Assembly (NCBI RefSeq): GCF_036588685.1
Contig: NC_086386.1
Coordinates: 23,870,001-23,934,000, forward strand
DNA from: Mytilus trossulus
Lineage: Eukaryota
Direction: 5' to 3'
Length of the DNA: 64,000 nt
Part shown: one piece after another, positions 14,024 through 26,600 of the stretch
Numbering within the stretch: position 1 is the first letter of the stretch
Layout: each line of letters starts with the position of its first letter
Notes under the pieces: model-generated
Database searches by the model: none
What the model saw: only the letters and a program-made list of their open reading frames with translations
What the model was told of the DNA's origin: nothing
Made by a program: the position numbers and the translations under genes

Positions 14024-15369
14024 ATTATATTACACCCATAACTAAAAAGAAAAATGAGAAATATGAAAAATATAGGAAATATGCACAGTATGCCATAGAA
14101 GCTTAACGGAAACAATAAACAAGAAAAAAAATGTATATACTCATAATTATACTATAGAGGAAACATACACCCATAGAATAAGAAAGGCCATGATAACCAA
14201 GAAAACACATATAAGTTTAAATATGCATTTCAATATTTTCCATTATTTTCTGGTTAAGTCTACCAATTTATAACAATATATCAATAAGAAGAGATCATTT
14301 CGATTTTAGTGGTTGGGGCAAAGAAGTTATCCCGGAACTTATTGGGATGTTTTCTTTTCAAATTTAAATCGAAAGGCGTTCACTCCTAGATTTATTTCAC
14401 CTCGTGTCCACGAAATATTTTCCACCGTTAATCAGCTTCTAGCTAAGATAAAAAAATACTTATCCCTTTCGATCCATATGTATACATGAATCTATATTTA
14501 CCTTTTTCACATATACTAAATAGTGATGTTGTCATCATATTAAAATTTCTTGTACAAATACTGTCCTTTGATTAGATATTCTTCACTTAGATTTATAGAT
14601 CAATAAGACTTTCAACTGTGTTGATTGAACAGTAAATTGTATATTATATATTATATAATATCAAATAAATATAATATGTATTTGATTCAAAATGGTTATA
14701 AAAAATCAAGCATGCATATTTTACATGTAAAAGACAATTCAAAGGGAAGAAGAGCACAGCCGATAATCCAAAATTATAAGATAAATTTCTGCTCCCTCTT
14801 TTCTCGTTACGGCAAGTAACGTCAATTTAGGGCGATTTTCGTTCGTTCGTAAGATGTTGAGAAACCTCTAATATGAGCAGTATGATCAACATACGTCCAC
14901 GAGACAGGATTCACCTTGTCTTGACTTTATTTCATGGTTCAGTGCTCATGGTTAACGTAACATATGTGTCTGTATTTCAGATACAATACATTTGTTCTTT
15001 TGTAAAAGATGCATGATAAGCCCATCTTGACCTTAGGGGAAAAAAGAAGAAGTAAAAGTAACGACTGTTTATTATGTTTAACATAACTTTAAATGCTTGG
15101 CTGGTATCGAAAAATCATGATCAGACATGGCTGTTAATGCTTCCAATGGTAGATTAAATGCATATTCATGACGAAAACATGACATATCAATATAATGTGA
15201 ACATCATTTTACACTTATAATTTTTGTACCATTTATAGCTTGATTTTCGATGTGAGACAACGCCATGTGTTGGAGGTCGCTAATTTACCTATGATTGATT
15301 ACTATTACACATTATTACTTGGAAGGGAGTTATATCGCTGACACTCATGCCATATCCTCTTTTATTTAA

Positions 15370-17330
15370 ACCTGCATTTCCCCCTACATAAGTAGCAATG
15401 TACGAACTGCACCTGCATTCCCAAACGTATTCTCAGTAGTCAAGAGCATACAACAACTACTCAGACTTTTAAAAAAAGGTCACCGATGTCTGTGCAGAAG
15501 GTTGACATATTTGTTACGTTTGGAGGACGTGTTTTTCAACAGACTGTCGGCATCCCAATGGGAACAAACTGTGCCCCTCTACTTGCTGACTTGTTTCTTT
15601 ATTATTATGAGGCTGACTTCATGCAGAAACTTCTTAGAAAGAAAGATAAGAAGTTAGCAATATCCTTTAACTCTACTTTCCGCTATATAGATGACGTTCT
15701 TTCACTAAACAATTCAAAATTTGGTGACTATGTGGATCGCATCTATCCCATCGAATTGGAGATAAAGGATACTACAGATACAGTTAAGTCGGCTTCATAT
15801 CTTGACTTACATCTAGAAATTGACAATGAGGGTCGGTTGAAGACAAAACTTTACGACAAAAGAGATGATTTCAGCTTTCCAATTGTGAACTTTCCATTTC
15901 TAAGTAGCAACATTCCAGCAGCACCTGCATACGGGGTATATATCTCCCAATTGATACGATATTCCCGTGCTTGCATTTCCTATCATGATTTTCTTGATAG
16001 AGGGTTACTGCTCACAAGGAAGCTATTAAACCAAGAGTTCCAAATGGTGAAGTTGAAATCATCCCTTCGTAAATTTTACGGACGCCATCACGAGTTGGTT
16101 GACCGTTATGGAATAACCGTTTCACAAATGATATCGGATATGTTCCTTACGTCGTAACTACAATCCCCTTCCCTTTTATGAATTTGACCTACCGAATTAG
16201 ACTATTTACCGGATTTGTAATCACATAAGCAACACGACGGGTGCCGCATGTGGAGCCGGATCTGCTTACCCTTCCGGAGCACTTGAGATCACCCCTAGTT
16301 TTTGGTGGGGTTCGTGTTGTTTATTCTTTAGTTTTCTATGTTGTGTCATGTGTACTATTGTTTTTCTGTTTGTCTTTTTCAGTTTTAGCCATGGCGTTGT
16401 CAGTTTGTTTTAGATTTACGAGTTTGACTGTCCCTTTGGTGTCTTTCGTCCCTCTTTGACGAACCAGGAGTACTGTCAAAGAACGTCTCGTTCCTTATAT
16501 AAAAAAAAGGTTTATAGGAAGGTACCTAAACCTTGTTAATAAATATTCGGTATCAACTTCACAAATAAAACAAGATGTTCTTGCAATTTGGTTTTGGGAA
16601 CTGCTGTTGTTCATCATCATAAAAACGTGTTTTGATATTCTCTTTTTTGTCTTTGTGAATATAACTGTTTAGTCTGTTTCGGTGGTAACCATTTGACGTG
16701 GCTCTATATTTGCACATCCCGTTATTGTTCTTTGACAGTCTTTGTATTCCTTTCTTTAATGTTTGCTACTATGCTTTATATGTATGCCTTTTTTGTTTTG
16801 TGTTTCTTTCTTTCCATGTGACGTGGCTCTGTACATACGCATCCCGTCATTGTGTTATTGTGTTATCATAATTTCTTGTGTTTTAATGTTTTCGTTTTTG
16901 CTTTCTTTATATGCCTTTTTTATGTTCCTCTCTTACATATGACAGGTATCTGTATTTATACATTCTGTCATTGTGTTTACTTGCCATTAAGGTTAATGTT
17001 TGTTAATATATATATATTTTTTTAATTTTTGGGATAAAAACACATTGTTGTTTTTGTGTACACCTGTTGTTGATATTTACCTATTATGTCTGTCTGTTTT
17101 TTTCTCTGTTGACAATATGGAATTTTATGCAACTGTCATACAAGTGAGAGGTTTAGCTATCTATAAAACCAGGTTTAATCATCTATTTTCTACACAAGAA
17201 AATGCCTGTACCAAGTCAAATATTACAATTATTGTCTATTTGTTTGATGTTGTCCAGCATTTGATTTTGCTTCATTAAATACTTTCCTTTTCTTATTTTC
17301 CTGGGAGTTCATTCGTTTTTATTTTACTTT
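15370..17330 (+). mobile_element. Old degenerate Penelope-like copy hosting the young insertion
   Basis: FPYISSNVRTAPA before and LTNQEY...FIGRY..LVNKY after the young copy; T-rich 3' UTR. Confidence 0.65.
15507..16455 (+). mobile_element. Young 5'-truncated Penelope-like retroelement (RT C-half, thumb, 3' UTR)
   Basis: GIPMGTNCAP, FRYIDD, YLDL, LYDKRDDF and SNIP motifs, open to 16157; TTGAC on both flanks. Confidence 0.9.
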
Positions 17331-17648
17331 TTGAACACACATAACAGGCTGAGCCGATATTTAAGGGTGCCAGTTTACAAGGAAACAGTCACCGGTTTGG
17401 TAAAAACATTTTTTTTTTAAACAACAACAAAAATAAATAAAAAAGTACCTGTTTGATATCAATAATTTAATCCAGGCAGGATGTATCTGATAAACTTACT
17501 GCAGTTGCAATTAATTATTGAAAAACTGAAAATCCACAACTGTCCTAAGAGATGGCGACACATATGAGGATTCAATTCATATATTTCAGAAGTTACAAAT
17601 GAAACCGTAATAACTCAATACAACTTTTATTTTTTTAGGCTAGCTATA

Positions 17649-17666
17649 ATGGAGGATTGGAATAAG
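17649..17666 (+). CDS. Putative first coding exon (MEDWNK)
   Basis: ttttttag|GCTAGCTATA ATG GAG GAT TGG AAT AAG|gtaag; phase 0, matches the next exon. Confidence 0.6.
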
Positions 17667-20600
17667 GTAAGATTTACTATGTAGTTCACTTGTCATAGGT
17701 CAATTTGTTTAAATCATTTTACTGATATGTATGACTTTATGAAAATATAATAGAAAATTAAAATAGAAAAAAGTCAACAAAACTAGATATTCAAAGAATA
17801 CAGATTAAACAAAAATTCAAAAGACCTAGACAAGAAAAAGTGTACTAACACATTTGCAACTCACGTGTTTAATAGCAACAGTGACAGTGTATTCTATATG
17901 AAGTACCTGCAAAAAGCTTGTTTACCATGTCAAATACATAACCTTATAGAGTTATTAGAGAAGACATTGGCCAGGATTTTTGTTTTACTAAATTATAGGA
18001 AGTGTTATATACCTATCCAATTTTACTTCATATGAGTGAAATATATCAGACATACATCTTTTGTAAGGTAGAAATATGCCAAGTTACTCAACACATCATT
18101 GTTATCTAAAAGCTCTGTGTCTTGTTAATTGCAGTTTCTTTATTTTTTAAATCCATGTCCCCATTTATATAGTATACAACTATCTCTTTAAGTAAGTATA
18201 GAGATTTCTACTATCTGATAAAAATAAGAACAAGAAGGATGACGGGACAATATGAGGAGGAGGTGAGTAAAACACAACTTCATATCTTAAAAAAGCTGAA
18301 GTCAAGGTCCAGGAAACAGGTGTTTTGCAATCGAAAATTAAAGTCATATGAAACCTCAAATTAAAAAAAAATATGCATATGTTTTTATAACTAAACGGAC
18401 ATTTTTTCATTATACAACTTATGCACATATAGTTTTTTTCTAATGAAATATTCTTGTATTTGTCCACATTTAAATGAGGTTTACACAATTGCTTGCTTTG
18501 AGGAAGCAATTCGCCGGCATATTTTCCGAAAACATAGTGACCTTAGCGAGACCCTACTCGTAAAAATCCAGTGATCGCAATACGCATGAATTTGTCATTG
18601 AAATAAACAATAATCCGATTGTGTCTGTTAAACATGTGCTCAATATCCATGCTTTTTCGTTGATTGTTTTTTATGAGGTGGCAATCGGTAAACTACGGCT
18701 TAAAAACACGACAATTAAGTAGCTGTCATTGTTTCACCCCATAACATACAGAGTGAGAAAAAATGACGAGTGCGATATCTTTGTGTAAAAATTGATAAAA
18801 TCGTGCACAGAAGACTAAGTTTATGATATATAAATGCATTGGTTCAAGAATTGAATAAACATAATTTTTCACCAGTCACTCGTTTCATATGAAAGTCAGA
18901 CATTGGGGGAAAAGTCTACCAGTTAATTAAACACATGTATACACTCAATAATCTAAGAGTAAAAGTTGATAATAAACTTGGGTCCATGTTTTAACTGTTA
19001 TATTGGGGTTATACAAGGAGATGTTTCAAGCCCTGTCCTTTTAAATCTATTCATAAATGATCTTCTCAACTGTTAACTAAATTGTCCTAATAGTGTCAAA
19101 TTGTCCTATGTTTGCAGATGATGTCATTTTTTTTTTGTGATTCTGCTGATGGACTTCAAAAGCGCTTGAATACATTGGACTTATACTGTGTTACATGTTC
19201 CTGATGCCTAAATGTTAACTTTAAAAAACCCTCAAGTTTTGTTTTCTTCATAAAAGTGCACGCCACATAAAATAACCGTTCTATTTTAAAAATGAATTGA
19301 TTGAAACTGTTTTCAAATATAAATACCTTGAAGTTACATTCCAGTCAAATGGCCTATTTAATTATGCAAAAGAAGACTTATTCAATAAATCTGTAAAAGC
19401 TTTATATTAACTTAATACATGTTTATCTGGCTCAGATGCTAGTATTAAAACAAATTTACATCTGTTTGACCATACCCTAAAACCTATTATTTTGTATGGC
19501 TCAGATATACATGTATGTGGAATGTTTAAAACCGACTCTGATTCTTGTAAAAACAGATGCTACAAATGGACTTGAAAAGTATACCTGAATAATGTTGTTG
19601 ATAAAATGAACTTTAAGTTCTGTAAGCATGATTTTGGCTTAAACAATAAAAGTACAAATGTTGCTGTGCAATCAGAATTAGGTAGATTTCCTATTTGTTT
19701 TAATATTGTTATATCTATGATAAGCTATCTGAATAGATTACATCATTATACCTCAAATTAATTGAAAGAAGCGTTTTTATGAAACAAAAATATGCATGAA
19801 AATAAAACTATGACATGGCATTCCTCTCATAAATCTATAAAAGCTTGAATTGAAAGGAACATATTGTATTAATTATTCAATAAATAGAATAAAACTACTT
19901 ATTATGAAAAAGTTAAAAACATTACTTTTAAAAGCATGGTTCAATGATAAAGACAATGTTACTGGAAAGCTAGATATATATTTTTTTCATAAAAATAATT
20001 TCCAACGGAGAAAATGTTTTCAGTTAAGACAACTATTATGTAACTTTCGCATAAGTGCCCCCCCTCCCCCCCCCCCCCCAATTACGAGTAGAAAAGAGCG
20101 ACATAAGACCAAACCTATAGAAAGGTCACAGAGGACTTGTAATTTCTATTCTCATGATGTTATAGAAGATGAGTTTCATGTTTTAATAAACTGTCCATTG
20201 TTTGCACAAACCCATGAGCACTGTCAAAATTTTAATAACTAAGACTGCAAATCAAAATGTGTACGGTTAATGGCCACTGAAGATAAACATATACTACTTA
20301 AACAGTTAAGTATTTTTTCTCATCCAGGGTTTTAACTTGAGATCCACAAATTATGTAAATGGCTACATGTAAATCTCTTTTAGTTTTTCCCATATATATA
20401 TATCTATTAAACCTTAGGCATATTATATATTTATTTTAAATATATATATAAGCTCAGACACCATATCTGTTTAACGGGGAATAATACTTAAATAAATTGA
20501 ATGTCTCCCATATTACTTTCTCTTCCGTGTGTATGCAATAACTGTTCAGTGTTCTATTGTCATGTATTTCATTTTATTATTTCATTGTTATAACACAGAT

Positions 20601-23600
20601 CATTGTAATGTGGAAATAAAAACCTGCAAGGGTCAGTCATTGGATTTATAAAGTATTCTTATTTTTATTCTTATTCTTATGCTAATAACTTTAAGTTTAC
20701 AGGAGACGCTTCAGGCTGAATAAGTACATAATGAGTACATACCTAATAAAGAAGTACTTACCAGCTATCAAATGTACTTGCTTTGCTTTACTTACAGAAA
20801 CTTCTGAAGGCTGCTGAGGCTGGAGATATAAAAGACTTAAGATTATGTCTACAGAATCGTGCAGACATTAATTTTAAAGGTGTAAGTAAAAAGTCGCATT
20901 TAGAATAACTTTGATTAAATTCATTATGCAAAATTATTTTAACATGCGTCGTCGTAAGGTACTTTTACATGTACAATAAAAATCACAAAGCTAGAGTTTA
21001 CTCGTAAATAAACCAAATTGAAAGTAAACAACTATCTTTCCTTCTATATATTTAAAGGGATATGATTGTTTAACGGACAACACGTGGTCACGTTCTTTAT
21101 TTGGTAACGGGTATCCTCAAAATATGGGATAAGTTACCATAATAGGTTTCTATAACATGAGATAAGTAAAGAGTTACTTCCATGTTAGACAGAAAAAAAA
21201 CAAAATTCTGAATTGTTTCAACAGAATAAAATAGTAATGAACGATCGAAATAAATTCATAAAACGTTGTAATTTTTTTTCTGTATTGAAGACTTCATTAG
21301 TGTCATAGGCCTCTCGTCTTAATATCACACGTGTAGAAAGTCGGTAGTATAAATACGTTACATGGTGAGCTTATGAACTTATACAATATATATGGAGTCA
21401 GTAAATGACGTATCGGGATTCGAACTCCGCTCTTACCACACATAAAATTTATCGAATTATGTGACTAACACGCAATGTTACAAATAATATATATTTCATT
21501 TAATACTTGTGTGGAATAAACTAAGAAAGTCGTATGTGTACTTTGCGTTGTGTTTACTTTGCGTATATTAATTACAAATGGCGAAGCCCATAAAGGTATA
21601 AAGTAACGTTATAAACATAAGACTGAAATACGGGAAACATAACGTTAACGTTTGCATTATATTCTCAACATACTGGGGGCCGCAAAAGTATATCTTTGTA
21701 TACAATTCAAATATTTCTTTAAATGTCCATAATTGAAACGAAAAAAAAAAGATTTAAAATATGATGAGCAATTACAGTCTCCAACGATTTGAAAATCGGA
21801 CACAAAAATCAATGTCCTCTAAGAATTTGTCGAAAATTTAATGTTCTCCTTTGCACGCATTGCTGCCTTTCGCATAGGCAGTGTTCTTCTTGTATCGACT
21901 TCTTTCGTCTCATCTATTGTATTTGGTAGTTCATCTTCGTTGATCTCTAGCGGATAAAGTTTGACGATCGTACGTGAAGTTTGGCCACTGTTCGTTCTGA
22001 TTATCGCCGAACGCACTAAACCATCGTTACCAGTAACAACTTCCTCCACTACTGCTGTTTTCCATTTAATTCGCGGTTTATCGTCATGCACCTGAACTAC
22101 ATCTCCTACTTTAATGTTAATCCTATTGTCTCCAGTCTTTTTATGATATTTTCGAAGTGAGGTTAAGTACTCAAATTTCCAACGGTTCCAAAAATGTTCA
22201 ATAAGAGTAGATGATCTTTGAGCACGTTTGAAATATCTGAAGCAGTCAATGTATATGTTTCGTTAATATTGTCCATTTCGGTACGTGGATACGGTAATGT
22301 TGTAACTCGGCGTCCATACAACAGGTGCGCGGGTGTTAACGGCTCACTATCGATAATGTCTGTAGAAACATATGTTAGTGGTCGATCGTTCAGAATTTTT
22401 CTCTATTTCTGTGACAAATGTCTGTAACATATCCAAATTGATTCACGCACGTCCTGGTGTCTTTTTCAAATTTATTTTTGTAAGTGCAATTAATCTCTCC
22501 CACCACCCTCCGAACCAGGGTGCACGTTTCGGAATGAATCTCCATTCGACTCCAAAAGAAGATAAAGCTTCTTCAATTTTCTTTGACTCACATAGCCGTT
22601 TTACCTCCTGTGACGCTGATATAAAAGAAAGCGCATTGTCCGACATAACGATCTGCGGTAATGATTTCCTACTTGTGAATCGTCTAAATCCAAGTAAAAA
22701 AGATTCTTCGTTCATAGTTGGTATTATCTCCAAATGCACGGCTCTTGTCGACTATCACGTAAATAAACATATGTAAACTTTTTTCAATGTACCATCATTT
22801 TTCTTGACTTGAAGCGCTGCTGTAAAGTCTATATCTGTAAATGTGAAAGGCGGTGCTTTTTGAAGTCTTATGGCGGAGGGTCTGGTGCCCTGTACGGTTT
22901 TCCGTTGACCTTTTTGCAAGTTGTACATCTGTGAAGTAATTTTCAGGTGAATTGGCGCCAAGACGGTATCCAGAATGTTTGACGGATTTGTGTAACGGTG
23001 GCATTAACCCCAGAATGCATAACTAGTTCGTGTGAGTTCAACACTATAAGCTCTGATAATCGGTGATTTGCTGGTAAAATATAAGGATGTTTAGCTGATT
23101 CGGATATTGGCGCATTATGAATTCTACCTTTACATCTCATTAAATTGTTTTCATCTAAATATATTTGAAGTTGTAGAAGTCGTGGAAGTTTAGTTTTCTG
23201 CGCATTTTTTAATGTGAGTGCGCGTACTTCACCGGTGTATGCCGTCGCTTGGCAACATCGTATCCATAATATAGTTGATTGCTGTAATTCATCTGGTTGT
23301 ATTTCCCCAGTGTTTCTCATAGACTTATTTGTCTTACAATTTTGAATAAAACGTTTGACATAAGTTGTCACTCGCAAAAGCTTCTTGTAAGATCCATACC
23401 TGTAAGCATTTATAATTTTGTCAATTCCAAAATGAAGATTATCATTTTTGTCAGTGTTGCTTTCTTCTTCTAGTGTCTCCTCATTATCGTCTGCTAATAC
23501 GGATAAAGCTGTGTTAATAGCTATAGGTAAATGTGATTCCAAGTTGGCTGAATTTTGAATTAGGCAAGTCGGTCCTGTTTTCCATAATACGCTCTCCATA

Positions 23601-26600
23601 AACTGTTTTGCTGTAATACCACGAGTGAGCAAATCAGCAGGGTTACAATTTGTCGGGCAGTATTTCCGTTTGCATTCTTCCGTTAATTCATTAATCTCTT
23701 TAATTCGATTCGATACGAAGCGTTTCAACGGTTTTGACGTATTTAACCATTGAAGTACAATTTGGCTGTCCGACCGTTTTTGCCATCACTATTGCGGCAC
23801 TATGTCCTTTCGATACATACATGTATGCTACCGCTCCATACGCTTTCGTGTTTGCGTCGACAAATACATGTAGTGATCTTGAGTTTGTATTTCCGGTAAA
23901 GTATTGTCTAGGCAATTTCATACTTGTAACGATTCCTATGTCTTTTGCCAGATCTTTCCATTGTAACTGTAGATTTTCGGGTAGGGGTTCGTCCCAATCA
24001 TAGTGTTCTTTCCACAAATCTTGCATCAAAATCTTTGCTCGGATACTAACTCGGCTTAAAAATCCTAGCGGGTCAAATAACTTTGAAGATTCTTTCAGAA
24101 TTTCTCGTTTTGTAATATTTGACGATACAAACGGTAAAACTCGTTTTGCGTAAGATAATTCATCCGTTTCGACATTCCAACGCATTCCCAATATTTTTGC
24201 TTCTTTGTCGGTATCTAAAACATCCTCCTTGATAGCTAGATTTCTCACATTTTCGTTGTTTGAGGTCCATGAGCGAAGATTAAATCCTGCATTTAACATC
24301 AATTGTCGCGCTTCCTTGAAATAAGTTACGGCTTGAGTTTCATTGCAAATACTAGATAAAATGTTGTCAACATATGAATCCCTTGTCAGTATTTTAGTAG
24401 TTTCATTTTCTGTTTGCTGTAAGTGTTTTAGCAGGACAGCGTTTAAAATAAACGGCGAACACGTCGCTCCAAATAGTACAGATTTGAACCTATTTGTCGC
24501 TAAATCGCTTTGTGGGTCAACAGGGTTATCTAACCATAACAATCGTGTGACATCACGGTCCTGTTCATGCAGTCCGACATGTAAAAATGCCTTCTCAGTT
24601 TCAGTAACTATGGCAACCGGGTTCAATCGAAATCTGATTAAAATCTTTGTACGGTCGTTTAAAATCGGGTGGAAGGGGGGGGGGGGGGGGGGGTTTATTA
24701 AACAATCATTAAGACTCGGTAACTGTGATGACTGTCGGCAGCTACAATCGTAAACGATCCTGATTGGTGTAGTTGTTGAATCCTTTTTAACGTTATGGTG
24801 TGGGATATAATGTACAATACCTTTACTAATATCGGGATCCTTAACCTTCTCAATAAATTAAATCCTCGTCGTTCTTGATCTTTGATTATCTGTCCATATA
24901 CCTTAAGCATTTTGGGATCTTGACTTAATTTTCGAATGACGTTTTCAGTTCTTCGTTTCGTAACGAAGAAGTTGGTAGGCAAGGGTTCATGATCTGGTTT
25001 CCATGGCAACTTTGCTATGTACTTGTTTTCTCGAAATTCGATTGCTGACTTTTGTTATGTTTCCATATAATCTATCGTTTCAACATCTGTCGTGTTGCTA
25101 TCTATTCCTAACGACTCTAATTCCCAAAATCTTTCTAAATCGAACTCCTCTGGTTTGTGCGATGTCAATATGTTGTACATACCTACATTACTCTGTTGTT
25201 GATTAGACGTTGGAATTGGACCAGACAACAAATAGCCAAGTTTGGACTTTACGGCGGTTGGACCATTTCCTCTTAATATTGTATCATCTACGAAATCCCA
25301 ATAGAAATCAGCTCCGATGAGCAAGGAAATTTCAAAAGATGAGTTGCCTTCTGTAAACGGATGAGCTAAACGTAATCCTTTCAGGTACTTGAATTCTCGT
25401 ATACCATTACCGATGTAATTAGTTAACGGGCTGGCGATGTTCGGTACTACTAGAACCTCAACTGGAATTTTCGTTCTATTTAGCGACTCTACGTATACGC
25501 GTGCTCTTGACAAATGACGGACTTTGCTGTCGGTACTTCCAAATGCCGATAAATGTATGGTTTCTGTTCCTAGTATTTCTAAATCTATTTCCGACGCTAA
25601 CTCCTCGGTAACAAAAGAGCGCTGTGCTCCTTCATCAAACAAAATGTACCGTTGCACCAGTTGGGGGAAATCGATATAATGGTACGCACATTTTGTTTGA
25701 TGAAGGAGCACAGCGCTCTTTTGTTACCGACGCTAACCCCTCGGTAACAAAAGAGCGCTGTGATCCTTCCTCAAACAAAATGTGCGAATCAACATATCGA
25801 TTTCCCCCAACTGGTGCAATGGCAGTTTTTAGAAGCACGTTCGAACGGGATTTTTCTTCAGACGAATGAAAACTTGCGGCGATCAATGTATTTTCGCCAT
25901 CATCAACTACGGCATTTACTGATGTTTGCTTATCATTAGTACATGTATTTTCATGGCAGAGACTTGTGTGGTCCTTTTTATGGCACTGTCGGCAGCGAAA
26001 TTTCGATTTACAATCTACAGAACGGTGTGATACTAAGCAGTTAAAACATAACTTCTTTTCTTTGACGATTGATAGGCGTGTATCGTGATCTGTAACATTT
26101 GGGCATTTGCAGGGGCATGTAAATTCTGGCAGAATATGCAAGGTTTTTGTCGAATATTTTGTGTTTGTCTCTCACGGTTATCGAATGTAACTACTTTACT
26201 CGGTGTACCTTTTCTATTAGCGCTTGTCAAAGACGATGCGGTCATTTCAGTAGGCTGCATTGAATCCATAAACGACGACGAGCGTTGTCCAGCTTCAATT
26301 ATAGTGATTTCTTTCAAAATTCCACGTCTCAAATCAATCAATTCTCAATTATCCGAACCGTTTTCACGAGCCAAGTGTTGTCGTATTTCTGACGGAAGCT
26401 TGTTCAGTACTATCGGAATAAGTAATGCACCATACGATTCCCCGGAACGGCCTAACGATGCAAGACCTCTTATATAAGCCTCTAACTTGTCGTAATAAAC
26501 ACGTAGACTGAGTAGGTTATTTTGTGGTGCTCTAAATAAAGGCAACAGTAGTATACCGCTGTTCAAAACTCATAAATCCATGGACAAAAGACAAAATCAA

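Larger units (their letters stand above)
8490..14873. repeat. Large fold-back inverted repeat: left arm 8490-9803, right arm 10022-14873 interrupted by two insertions
   Basis: 8490-9344 is the reverse complement of about 14024-14873; 9345-9452 of 12240-12349; 9455-9563 of 10100-10210; 9733-9803 of 10022-10092. Confidence 0.95.

Noticed and set aside
17340-17410. Promoter or 5' UTR exon of the ROCO gene
   Set aside because: Only weak TATA-like and donor-like matches; not supportable without transcript data.
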